Below are positions 46,447 through 55,316 of a DNA stretch of 64,000 nucleotides, in pieces. Below the pieces are notes generated by a model, which did no database searches, had not been told where the DNA came from, and was given only the letters and a program-made list of their open reading frames with translations. How positions within the stretch are numbered: position 1 is the first letter of the stretch; every line of letters begins with the position of its first letter. Position numbers and translations under genes: made by a program. The DNA is from a virus (lineage: Duplodnaviria; Caudoviricetes): positions 1 to 64,000 of the IMG/VR virus record IMGVR_UViG_3300021400_000686; one strand, written 5' to 3'.

Positions 46447-47847
46447 TTAAAAGAAATTCGCCAAGTTGAACTGTGCTTTCAGCTCAAGCTCGGCAAATCC
46501 GTTCGCAGAAGCGTCGACCATATCCTTGAGCTTCATATCTGGGAACCCCTCAAGTTGTAATAGGTAGGGCTCATTCCAGTCGGCGGAAACAATATCAAAA
46601 TTACCAGCTTGCCACTGCGCCGCCATCGGTGTTGCCCTCGCCTCTTTACTGCCTGTCTCTGGAACCGCCGTAACGTCAAACCCTGAAAGGAATTTGATGT
46701 ACATTTCAGCTTGATCCTTACCCGCTTGCCCGGGGTCTTGAGGAATTCTAACGCGAACTTGTTGCTTGTATTTCGCGTTGTCGGATTGGGCGGTCAGTTT
46801 GATAATGTTCCGAACATCGGAAGCCGATAGCGCACGGTTGATCACATCGGCGACTACATATCGCCCGTTCTTTCTTTTGCCAATCAAAACACCCGCCGTA
46901 TACGCGGGGTCATTGTTCTCGTCTTTTTCTGTCGCCGCCAAGTCCCAACACCGCACCCACTGAATAACATCGTCGGGGACAAACGGAAGAATGTTGCCAA
47001 GCTGTTCGCGTTTGAAATACAACCCAGCCGACGGCTTGATCTTCCAGTTACCCATCAGAAGGCGTTCGCGCTCGACCGTTGGTAGCGCCTTTAGGTTCGC
47101 AAGGTACTGTGGGTTCGCCTTCAGCAAGGCTTGATTATCGTAAATAGTTGCCGAAATAAATGTAACAGAGCGCGGTTCCGCTCTCTCTTCTGGCGTCGTA
47201 AGGTTGAACTGTTTACATAATTCTTCTCTCGTGTCAGCCCAAAAGATTTCATTGTCTCTTCGGATCATCCACCGAATTTTCCCACTCCGCTCTGGAATCG
47301 GATATCCTGTCTCTTGGTCGATCCACCATGAAATGAATTTTGCTACCCACGAATTTGCATCTGGGTTACATGTGCCGATCACGTACGGTTTAACGCCACA
47401 CATCGAGCGATTACGGGAAAGCATATAAAAAAAGACATATTCGCTAAAATGGCAAAGCTCGTCATACTCAATTCCACAGATTTGTGACCCGTGATAGTTC
47501 TGCACCTCTTCATCGCGCTCTATATGTCTGAATGATACCCTTGATAATTGTTCTCCGTTTTTATCGTTAAATATCCACGCGCTTTCCCCTCGCCTGATTT
47601 CGGCCCCTCGTATGCCAGAATACATATCACGCGCATTGTCCCACAATCCGCCCTCGTTATAGATTTGGTTCGCGTTTTTTCGAAAGATTACACATCCGAA
47701 GCCCTTAGTGTTTTTGTATCTAAGGGGATAAAGCAACTCCGCATGTGTCTTCCCAGACCCCGCCGCTCCACCGTAGATAATAATTGACGCGGGGTTTGAC
47801 AGGAACTTTTCCTGAGCTCCCCGTTGAGGCCGTAGTATCTTCGCCAC
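46447..47847 (-). CDS. terL: Terminase large subunit
   Basis: YGGAAGSGKT Walker A, IEYDEL Walker B, RCWDLAAT and KDMVDA nuclease motifs. Confidence 0.92.
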   Translation of the reverse strand: MAKILRPQRGAQEKFLSNPASIIIYGGAAGSGKTHAELLYPLRYKNTKGFGCVIFRKNANQIYNEGGLWDNARDMYSGIRGAEIRRGESAWIFNDKNGEQLSRVSFRHIERDEEVQNYHGSQICGIEYDELCHFSEYVFFYMLSRNRSMCGVKPYVIGTCNPDANSWVAKFISWWIDQETGYPIPERSGKIRWMIRRDNEIFWADTREELCKQFNLTTPEERAEPRSVTFISATIYDNQALLKANPQYLANLKALPTVERERLLMGNWKIKPSAGLYFKREQLGNILPFVPDDVIQWVRCWDLAATEKDENNDPAYTAGVLIGKRKNGRYVVADVINRALSASDVRNIIKLTAQSDNAKYKQQVRVRIPQDPGQAGKDQAEMYIKFLSGFDVTAVPETGSKEARATPMAAQWQAGNFDIVSADWNEPYLLQLEGFPDMKLKDMVDASANGFAELELKAQFNLANFF

Positions 47848-48345
47848 TTAATCACCCCCTGTGGCGTCTTCTTCCCCTTTCTCTGGGTCTTCCTCTTCTT
47901 TTTCGATTTCTGGCAAATAAATAACGACCCCACCGTCATCCTCATCCTGAGAATTCACTGTAAGGTCGCCCATATTCTTCTTCATCGCGTCAATACGCGC
48001 CTGTGACTCTTTTGCTTTCCGATCGTCTTCGCTCGCCTTGAAGAAATAATCGATCAACAGCTCCATCGCCCGTTGATTTCCGCCAAGGGCCATCTGGAAC
48101 AACTTTGTAGCCACCGCATTTGCGTTCACTTGCTCATCCTCGGTATACCCCGCGTCCTTGACAAGTTCTTTTGCTCTTCCAACAGCGGGCATACTCATGA
48201 GCTCATTCATCGCTTTGCGAATGTCGGCTTTTCTTCTTCTCGCCTCTCCAGAAGCAATTCCGCCTTTTCGGCAAATCTCGCTTCTCTCGGCTTTGCTAAC
48301 TTCCCCAAGCGACCGAAGATTTTTCTCGCGTACGTTTTTTGCCAC
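47848..48345 (-). CDS. Terminase small subunit-like
   Basis: Directly upstream of terL; RKGGIASGEARRRK motif. Confidence 0.65.
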   Translation of the reverse strand: MAKNVREKNLRSLGEVSKAERSEICRKGGIASGEARRRKADIRKAMNELMSMPAVGRAKELVKDAGYTEDEQVNANAVATKLFQMALGGNQRAMELLIDYFFKASEDDRKAKESQARIDAMKKNMGDLTVNSQDEDDGGVVIYLPEIEKEEEDPEKGEEDATGGD

Positions 48346-48535
48346 GTTTCGCCCTCCTCAAATCATCTTCGGTTAAATTATCGTCTATTTATTTTAAACG
48401 CCTGTAAAGGCCGTTTCTCAACGTTTAAGAGCCACCGTAAGTGTGGCGGCCCCCAACATTCAGCTTGTTCAACTTTGGATATTGCATTCAATCCCCTTTT
48501 AGAGAACCGCCACGAGAAAGGCCGTTGGCCCCTCT

Positions 48536-48757
48536 TTACAGAAAGTCCATGTCGTCGATCTCGTCCGCGCCAAGGCTAATCATTTCTTCCCCGTCTTTTA
48601 TAACCAGTCTTGAATATCCGTCTTCCTCGTCGTCCCCACTTGAATAGATAAATGCGACGCCCTCAAGCTCGTCACCGTCTTTTGTTTTGATCGACACCCT
48701 GTGTTTTCCGCTTACCGCCTCATACATCATATCCTCGATATCGCCAATGTTCAGCAT
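48536..48757 (-). CDS. Candidate immunity protein for Ntox50
   Basis: 73-aa acidic ORF directly after the toxin. Confidence 0.6.
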   Translation of the reverse strand: MLNIGDIEDMMYEAVSGKHRVSIKTKDGDELEGVAFIYSSGDDEEDGYSRLVIKDGEEMISLGADEIDDMDFL

Positions 48758-48769
48758 TTCGACCTCCCT

Positions 48770-49495
48770 TTACGGGATTACTGGAACTATATGCGTTCCG
48801 TCCCGTGATAAAATTATTTTCCCCCACTTTGTCGGAACATGTGTATTGGAATCGCCCTTCTTGACCGCCTCACCAATCACTTCCGTATGTTCGAAAAGGA
48901 CTCTAAGATTCCCACTTTCGTAAAGAACCGTTCCCTCTGTAATGTACTTATCCACAAGCTTCTGTACATCCTCTTCTGGAATTGTAAGATAACTCGGATA
49001 CTTCTTTTCCGCAACCCTTTTTTGATATTCTTTTGTGCCGGGGATATGTTCCCTCTGTTTATCCTTTTTCACGGCCTGTGAATAAGTACCTTCTTTAAGC
49101 CTTTCCCCAACGATTTTCTTAAGTTGGTCTTGGCTCATTGCCCTGTACTTATCTCTTTCCGCCTTCGCTTGTTGTTTGGCGCTCTGGCCTTTATTTTGGC
49201 CGTTTTCCGACGTTTTCTTCTCCTCGTCGGTACTTTTATCGCCGTTCTCGTTATCGCGAGGATTTTCAGCCTTTTTGGTTTTTGCCTCTTCCTCGTTCTT
49301 CTCGATCTCCTTGCCGATCTCTCCCCCAAGGCTTCCGTCGTCTTCAAGTGGGACTGGCTGATGGTTTATTGTAATAAACTGCTTCTTAGGATCGTGATTA
49401 ACTATATGAATTTTTTTCTTCCGCTTCTCATCGCGAGCGTCCATCCTTGCAAGATATTTAGTTTTGATTTCTCTGAGAAGCTCGTAAACGTTCAT
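48770..49495 (-). CDS. Leader-bearing polymorphic toxin, Ntox50-like RNase
   Basis: IKTKYLARMDA leader; KQREHIPG..SYLT..IG..T..KI..G.HIVP. Confidence 0.7.
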   Translation of the reverse strand: MNVYELLREIKTKYLARMDARDEKRKKKIHIVNHDPKKQFITINHQPVPLEDDGSLGGEIGKEIEKNEEEAKTKKAENPRDNENGDKSTDEEKKTSENGQNKGQSAKQQAKAERDKYRAMSQDQLKKIVGERLKEGTYSQAVKKDKQREHIPGTKEYQKRVAEKKYPSYLTIPEEDVQKLVDKYITEGTVLYESGNLRVLFEHTEVIGEAVKKGDSNTHVPTKWGKIILSRDGTHIVPVIP

Positions 49496-49508
49496 TTCTT
49501 TCGCCCCT

Positions 49509-49544
49509 AAAAAAATTCAGGGGACATCCGTCCGAACGTCCCCT
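49509..49544 (-). terminator. Intrinsic terminator ending the early operon
   Basis: GGGGAC/GTCCCC hairpin + TGAATTTTTT. Confidence 0.65.
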
Positions 49545-49623
49545 ACACCAATGGCTATTATATATATAGCACGTCATAAAGGTGAATTTCAATGAATTTT
49601 AGTGAACGCGAAGCGACTTTTTT

Positions 49624-49923
49624 TCACTTTTCCATATATAAAATTTGTCCGTCTATCGCATACCCCAAATCAATGTCCACCGCGTCATCATCAAAATCGG
49701 CATCTTTTTCCGCTCCGAGAATTCCGTAAATCTCATCCTCATATCCACTATCGATCAAGCGATGAAGCGTATCCTCTAAGCATCCACCAAGATCAATATA
49801 GGCAATGTCCCCATCTGGTACGATCACATAGTGCTCGAAATACTGTGATGTAACGCCGAACCTACAGACATGTTCGCCTTCCCCACACAACTCCTTTATG
49901 ATCTTATACCCTCTGTCGCTCAT
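49624..49923 (-). CDS. hypothetical protein
   Basis: RBS GGGGG; follows the Cas7-like gene. Confidence 0.55.
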   Translation of the reverse strand: MSDRGYKIIKELCGEGEHVCRFGVTSQYFEHYVIVPDGDIAYIDLGGCLEDTLHRLIDSGYEDEIYGILGAEKDADFDDDAVDIDLGYAIDGQILYMEK

Positions 49924-49938
49924 CGTTTCCCCCCTTCG

Positions 49939-50676
49939 TTATGCAGTCCAAAGCTTTTTCCAAGTGCTCGTCTTAAGATTTCCACCAATCACCTCTCCTT
50001 CCTCGTTAAGGATTTCATAAAGGAACGCACCGCATCCGGAATTCCGCCACTGTAGCATCCCGTTGTACTGGCCATAGTTCAGCCATTCCAAAAGTGCCAT
50101 CACCCACTCTTCATTAAGACAGCGCACCGTGAACTCTACCGTTGACCCAGAAGGAACTGTCTCAGATGACGCAAGCGCTACCCTCGGGCCTTGCGCCGTC
50201 TCCGCACGAAGCGGTCTCTCAATAACCCCCATCTCACCGCTCAACTTAAACTTGATTTTTCTCGGGGCCACAAGAATGCACTGATCCAGAATTTTACGGA
50301 ACGCCTTCAGCTTCTCCGTATGCTTCGCGCTCGCCATTCCTTTACATCTCTGAAGGGAAGAACAAGCCGCCTTGAAGAACCCCCTTACTTGATAATCCCA
50401 CATGAACGGATTTCCGTTTTCGTCTTTTGGAAATACCGTCATTCCCTTGTCGGCAACTTCGTCAACGCCAAGCGCCTCAACCTCTTCTTCCTTTGATAAT
50501 GCGTCTGGTGCCTTGCTTGCGATATACGCTCTATAAACATCCTCTTGCGATGTTGCCGTACCGAGAACATCTGCAATAAATGTCAGACGAACTCTCACAT
50601 CGTACCCGTCGTCACCTGTTTCTCTCTCCGCTTCAAAAGCATTTACAATTGACTCTAACGATCTTGCCATTTTCAT
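49939..50676 (-). CDS. Standalone Cas7/RAMP-like protein
   Basis: VRLTFIADVLGT strand 1, PFMWDYQVRGFFKAAC, ERPLRA..SETVPSGSTVEFTV, G-rich loop GMLQWRNSGCGAF; RBS GGAGGT. Confidence 0.7.
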   Translation of the reverse strand: MKMARSLESIVNAFEAERETGDDGYDVRVRLTFIADVLGTATSQEDVYRAYIASKAPDALSKEEEVEALGVDEVADKGMTVFPKDENGNPFMWDYQVRGFFKAACSSLQRCKGMASAKHTEKLKAFRKILDQCILVAPRKIKFKLSGEMGVIERPLRAETAQGPRVALASSETVPSGSTVEFTVRCLNEEWVMALLEWLNYGQYNGMLQWRNSGCGAFLYEILNEEGEVIGGNLKTSTWKKLWTA

Positions 50677-50686
50677 ACCTCCTTTT

Positions 50687-51210
50687 ACATTACCTTAACC
50701 TTACTACGCATCGCTTTGCTATGCCACTACACCACAAGACGATTCCATTCTTCGCCATACCAATACAAAGCCTTTACGTTACCACGCTTTACTTCACAAC
50801 GCAGAACCTTCGCGTTACCATACTCGGCTTCACCACATACTACTTCACCGATACGTAGCCCCACACCGCGATACCATTCCACTGCCATTACGTAACAACA
50901 CTCAACAGCAACTCGCATTACCGTTCCATAACATCAAATCACACGACTATACCACCGCTTCTCAATACCTCTCTTTTCATAACCAACACAAGACGATTCC
51001 ATACTTCGCCATACCACAGCATTACAGATACATTACTCCGCCGCGCCTCTCGGAACAATTTCAAAACCCAACCTTGCCTGACCGCACGTTACAATGCCAT
51101 GCCTTCACTTCGCGTTACCATTCATTACATGTCCCTACCCTACCAACACAACGCCTTACCGTCCACCGCAGTACCCATAACAAAACAACACCTTGCCTTG
51201 CTATACCATC
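50687..51210 (-). repeat. Non-coding 5-nt periodic array (NN-NGY units, often GGY)
   Basis: 51105->51066 reads AA-GGC AT-GGC AT-TGT AA-CGT GC-GGT CA-GGC AA-GGT TG-GGT; similar runs at 50698-50727, 50776-50810 and 51180-51209. Confidence 0.85.
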
Positions 51211-51967
51211 ACTTAGCAACGGCCATAAAAGCCTTTTCCCAGATACTCGCCTCCTTCTTTGCGAACTCAAGCTCCATCTTCATTGCCTTCACTTCATCAC
51301 TCTCAATCACCTTCTCCACAATCTTATCCTTATAAACGACCTTCTCAACCTCCTTCTCGACCTCGGTAACATTCATGCCAGCGAGGCTCGCGATCTGCTT
51401 GAACAGCGCGTTGTCAATCGACTGCAACGTCGTTTTATCAACCTTACGAGTGTAAACCGACCAAACCCTATGTGGGTTTACAAAGCACTCCTCCCCGTTA
51501 AGATTGAACCGCACGCACGTGTCCGTAATGAACTCGCGCTTCTCGGCAACTTTTCCGATATCCAAGTACACTAACGTATCATAGAATACCTTCAGCACAA
51601 GATACCGTCCCTCGTAAATGCCACCGACAAAGAAATCATTCATCCTCTTCCCCATGATCGCTTCGCCAGCGGTTCTGTCCGTGTAGCCCTCGGCGTTTTT
51701 CATAACATTATCATTTTTCTTTTCGTCCTTCCCCTCGGGCTTTCCAGTCGATCCTTCGTACACGTAGCACCTCTTTCCTTCCGCGTTTTCTCGCTTTACA
51801 ATTCCATGCGACTCAAACTGATTTGCACGGTTGTACATTACGCTCGGCGGAAACCCCGTAAGAACAGATATTTCCGAAATGGTGATTCCCTCTTCACCAT
51901 ATTCCTTTATCGTTTCGACGATCTTCCCCATAACATCGTCTCCGTACTTACTCTTATTACCGCGCAC
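51209..51967 (-). CDS. hypothetical protein with an N-terminal winged-HTH-like region
   Basis: GITISEISVLTGFPPSVMY; coiled-coil C-terminus. Confidence 0.6.
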   Translation of the reverse strand: MRGNKSKYGDDVMGKIVETIKEYGEEGITISEISVLTGFPPSVMYNRANQFESHGIVKRENAEGKRCYVYEGSTGKPEGKDEKKNDNVMKNAEGYTDRTAGEAIMGKRMNDFFVGGIYEGRYLVLKVFYDTLVYLDIGKVAEKREFITDTCVRFNLNGEECFVNPHRVWSVYTRKVDKTTLQSIDNALFKQIASLAGMNVTEVEKEVEKVVYKDKIVEKVIESDEVKAMKMELEFAKKEASIWEKAFMAVAK

Positions 51968-51971
51968 CTAA

Positions 51972-52184
51972 TCACCTCCGAATAATATTGTATTTCCACT
52001 GGCTATCGTTGAAAAACGAGTCGTCCATCAGATTTTTAATTTTCCGAGCGCCGTCCGCATCGTTAGCAAAGACCTCGTGTACAACATCGTCGCTTCGCTC
52101 CACCGTTCCAACGCTAAGTGCCGAGGAAAACACCACCCCACGGCTTTTCTGGTCGTTTGTCAGCTTGTGGTAAATCTTTCTCAT
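51972..52184 (-). CDS. hypothetical protein
   Basis: RBS GGAGG. Confidence 0.6.
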   Translation of the reverse strand: MRKIYHKLTNDQKSRGVVFSSALSVGTVERSDDVVHEVFANDADGARKIKNLMDDSFFNDSQWKYNIIRR

Positions 52185-52194
52185 CCGTACCTCC

Positions 52195-52605
52195 TTACCA
52201 AACCCTTTTCACACCGCCGTTAATAGGCTGAATTCCGATCGTTCCAAACTCACTGCAATCTGGCATATCTACATTCACCCCGTACGCTAAAGCCTGTCCA
52301 TCCTTCAAGTCGGCCATGTCCTCTTTCCACTCTCCCGTCCATTTTGACACGTACAGGAGCTCATAAATCACGCCGTATAGCGTAAGCGTCTTGATCACAT
52401 GATAGACAACTGCTTCGTTCTCGTCCTCGAAGCGCTTGACCATTTTTCGCTCATTCTCGTCGAGCCAATAAAGATATCCTTCGCCTTCGGATAAGTTCAC
52501 TATATTGTACTTCTCGAACTCCGTTACAGTCTGATCTATAATTCCAAGATAACGCAGTCTTTTGACGCCCTCAGCGTGCTGTCTGTCTTTCATGATCTCC
52601 GCCAT
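52195..52605 (-). CDS. Conserved-looking hypothetical protein
   Basis: RBS; SEFGTIGI..GGVKR C-terminus. Confidence 0.6.
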   Translation of the reverse strand: MAEIMKDRQHAEGVKRLRYLGIIDQTVTEFEKYNIVNLSEGEGYLYWLDENERKMVKRFEDENEAVVYHVIKTLTLYGVIYELLYVSKWTGEWKEDMADLKDGQALAYGVNVDMPDCSEFGTIGIQPINGGVKRVW

Positions 52606-52608
52606 CCG

Positions 52609-52965
52609 TTACCCCCTTGCAAAATTCTTACACCAGAAGCCTTCGTCGAACATGTTGTCGTTGTAAAGGCTGTACTCATAAGCCACCCGAACTGTGTTCT
52701 TGTTTGGCTTGCGTGTGACTTCCATGTCGTTGTTTACGAAGAAATTCACCCCGCTTCTCGTGCCTTCGAGCATGATGTACCATCCGCTCGTCTTGCTGTC
52801 ACGTCCATGAATGTCCTGAACCTTCGCCACCTGAAGCGAATAGCAACTTGTCAGATAGCAATTTCTCTGGCAAGCCTTTGTGATCTGCTCCCGAAGCTTG
52901 TCTGTCATAACCTCCGCGTCGGTAAGAAATCCGACAACCATTTCCGCGATCCCTCTATTTCTCAT
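52609..52965 (-). CDS. hypothetical protein
   Basis: RBS GGGAGG. Confidence 0.55.
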   Translation of the reverse strand: MRNRGIAEMVVGFLTDAEVMTDKLREQITKACQRNCYLTSCYSLQVAKVQDIHGRDSKTSGWYIMLEGTRSGVNFFVNNDMEVTRKPNKNTVRVAYEYSLYNDNMFDEGFWCKNFARG

Positions 52966-53168
52966 CTGTCCTCCCGATTACTTTAACAGCTCATCCGTCT
53001 CTAAATCTAAAATGTGAAGAACCTCTGGGTCATTCATCAGAAGCCACAAAACGCTCGTTGTATAAATCTCGTGGCGTCCATTCTTGAACTCAACCTCAAC
53101 TTCGTGATATTTTTTCATTTAAGCATCCTCCCATCCAAGAATTGATGTGGGGCCGAAGCCCCACGCCA

Positions 53169-53450
53169 TTAAACCGCGTATTTTTTGAAGGGGCGCGTCA
53201 CCTCCGTTTTCAGATACATCTTGTAAAGGTCTCCATGCTCCTTCTTGAAAGCAGTGGTATCGAATTTGTTGCTCACGACCTCTTTGTAGTAGAGAACGAA
53301 TTTGCCAGTGTCAATCACGTCGACGCCCTTGGCATCCATATCCCTTTTCAGCTCCTCTTTCAGAGCATCAGCTTTTTCCTTGAGAGAAGCGATCTCCGCC
53401 TCAATCTCCTCAATCTTACGAACACGGTTGTCAATCATCTTGTTGGTCAT
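53169..53450 (-). CDS. Small coiled-coil phage protein
   Basis: First gene after the promoter at 53518-53546; FDTTAFKKEH motif. Confidence 0.65.
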   Translation of the reverse strand: MTNKMIDNRVRKIEEIEAEIASLKEKADALKEELKRDMDAKGVDVIDTGKFVLYYKEVVSNKFDTTAFKKEHGDLYKMYLKTEVTRPFKKYAV

Positions 53451-53517
53451 ATCTAAACCTCCCTATTTGTGTTGGGCACCATTGCCACTCGGGGATTACC
53501 TCCCCCTTACATTGTAT

Positions 53518-53546
53518 ATTCTACCACATATTGATCAATATGTCAA
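53518..53546 (-). promoter_or_regulatory. Sigma70 promoter with a perfect 18-bp palindrome ACATATTGATCAATATGT
   Basis: TTGACA-17-TAGAAT; palindrome at 53526-53543. Confidence 0.85.
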
Positions 53547-53576
53547 TAGTTTTTGGAAAAATATTTATGTCAACTA

Positions 53577-54194
53577 TCACGACACCCTGTCCAGTCGAAA
53601 ACGCTCTTGCGCGAACGACCGCAGAAAATACAGATTTGAGCACATCAGGTCGCCGTACCGATAAAACGCCCCAACGTACGCAAGCTCCCCAGACGCATCC
53701 AGAAGCACCATTTTTGACTTGATCAAGTCTTCAATGTCTAAGAGGACGCCCTTGTCACGTAAGTCGTTCACGTTGTGCACCATGTCCGAAAGGTAGAACG
53801 CAATGAACATGGCCGTATCGCTGTACTCCCTCTCTCTCGGGTCAGACGTCAACGGGATAATTCCGTTATGTGCCACCCCACACGGGCAGAGAAGCGCGAG
53901 CTCCTTCATGTATTTTAGCTCATCAGTCAGAGGAAACGGCTGTGTCATTTTCGCCCCGACACCCGCTTGCGTCGATATCCTGAAATGATAAACAACCACG
54001 TCGTCGTCCCCGAACTGTTCCGCTCGAAGCGCGTCGAGCAAATCCCCCACTCTCATGAACCCCTTCTGTATTCTTACACGATCACCCTCCGCGACCATAT
54101 ACCCCGCTCCGTGTGGATTCCTATCAAACATCATCCGAATTTCAGCCTCCGTCGGCTGTCTCTTTCCCTTCTCCGACACACAAATCACGCACAT
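53577..54194 (-). CDS. Class II (Ntn) glutamine amidotransferase
   Basis: N-terminal MC, NPHGAG, YHFRIST, HNGII, SDT. Confidence 0.85.
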   Translation of the reverse strand: MCVICVSEKGKRQPTEAEIRMMFDRNPHGAGYMVAEGDRVRIQKGFMRVGDLLDALRAEQFGDDDVVVYHFRISTQAGVGAKMTQPFPLTDELKYMKELALLCPCGVAHNGIIPLTSDPREREYSDTAMFIAFYLSDMVHNVNDLRDKGVLLDIEDLIKSKMVLLDASGELAYVGAFYRYGDLMCSNLYFLRSFAQERFRLDRVS

Positions 54195-54288
54195 AGCTCT
54201 CTCCCTTCTGAAAAGGCCATTTCCGGCCTTTTCGCGTATCTTTCCGATATTTTTATCGCGCCACCTTTTTGAGCCGTCGGAACTGGCT

Positions 54289-55248
54289 TTATGCCACCAG
54301 TTCCGATCCGTTTGCCGTGTAAGCGTAGCGCCCACGTCCTACACCCTCAAGCTTCGCCGACATGTGAAGTCGGCACGTCTTATACTCCTCGCCCACAAGG
54401 CCCATCTGCTTTAACCAAAGGCGCATCACGTACTTGGGGTTCTCGTACCGTGCGACGGGTTCTTCTGGCCGAGCATACCGAACCGACTTTGCGTAATTGC
54501 TCAGGGCCAAGCAGAACTGAATATAGGCTTTCAGCTTCCCCGCGTGAATTCCACCGCCCTTACCGTCAACCCAGTTGTCGAACTGGAATGCTCTAAACTC
54601 GATAGTTCCCTTCGTGAATGTTGCATGAAGGTTGAGCATGTGATACCGCGAGTTATTGTAGTGCGCCATACGTCCGCTATCACAACCCTGTGACTGATAC
54701 CACACATCCGCAAGCTCTTCCATCGTCTTCGGCTTTTTGCTATTTACCGCAGAAATGAACCGAGGATCAACCACTCGACACCATCTATAGAGTCGATCGT
54801 TTCCAATACCTACCGCGTCGGCGATTAGAGTCTCGTGACCCGCCATGATGTTCGCAAGATTTCTAAGAGTCTTCGCCGTGTGTCCGTTAGCGCCAATGTG
54901 GACATGAACCCCACACCCTCGGCTCGGGGAGCTCTTCGCACCCGCCTTCCGAAGCTCTCGGACAACCCCCTGTAACGTCTCGATATCGTTGTAATAAAGG
55001 ATCGGGGTGACAAGCTCACACTTGTGTTCGCTGTCCCCTTCGATCGATGAGTCATATTTCATCGACCACTTACGGCCCGTCATATCGTAGGCTATCCATT
55101 CGTCATAAGCGCCACCTACATACCGATACTGATCTGTCCCGAAAAATTTAGCTACAACCATCGCCGCGTCTTTCCGCGTGATGTTATTCATTTCAACTTC
55201 AACGCCGATTGTCTGGCCCTTAAGATCGTCTCTAAGGTTTTTTCTCAT
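54289..55248 (-). CDS. Putative amidoligase (COOH-NH2 ligase)
   Basis: IGVEVE, YDSSI, ELVTPIL, CGVHVH, RYHMLN, TIEFR. Confidence 0.85.
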   Translation of the reverse strand: MRKNLRDDLKGQTIGVEVEMNNITRKDAAMVVAKFFGTDQYRYVGGAYDEWIAYDMTGRKWSMKYDSSIEGDSEHKCELVTPILYYNDIETLQGVVRELRKAGAKSSPSRGCGVHVHIGANGHTAKTLRNLANIMAGHETLIADAVGIGNDRLYRWCRVVDPRFISAVNSKKPKTMEELADVWYQSQGCDSGRMAHYNNSRYHMLNLHATFTKGTIEFRAFQFDNWVDGKGGGIHAGKLKAYIQFCLALSNYAKSVRYARPEEPVARYENPKYVMRLWLKQMGLVGEEYKTCRLHMSAKLEGVGRGRYAYTANGSELVA

Positions 55249-55316
55249 TTCCTAAAATCCTTTCTGGCCTAAGCCGAAACCCACTAACGAGGGAACCTCC
55301 CTCACCCGACGATTGT

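Noticed and set aside
50687-51210. Classical CRISPR array next to the Cas7-like gene
   Set aside because: No 25-40 bp repeats separated by unique spacers; the only long repeat occurs twice.
50727-51335. ORFs 50727-50918 (-), 51074-51574 (+) and 51099-51335 (+) as proteins
   Set aside because: Low-complexity translations of the pentamer array, or antisense to a real gene; period-5 structure argues against coding.
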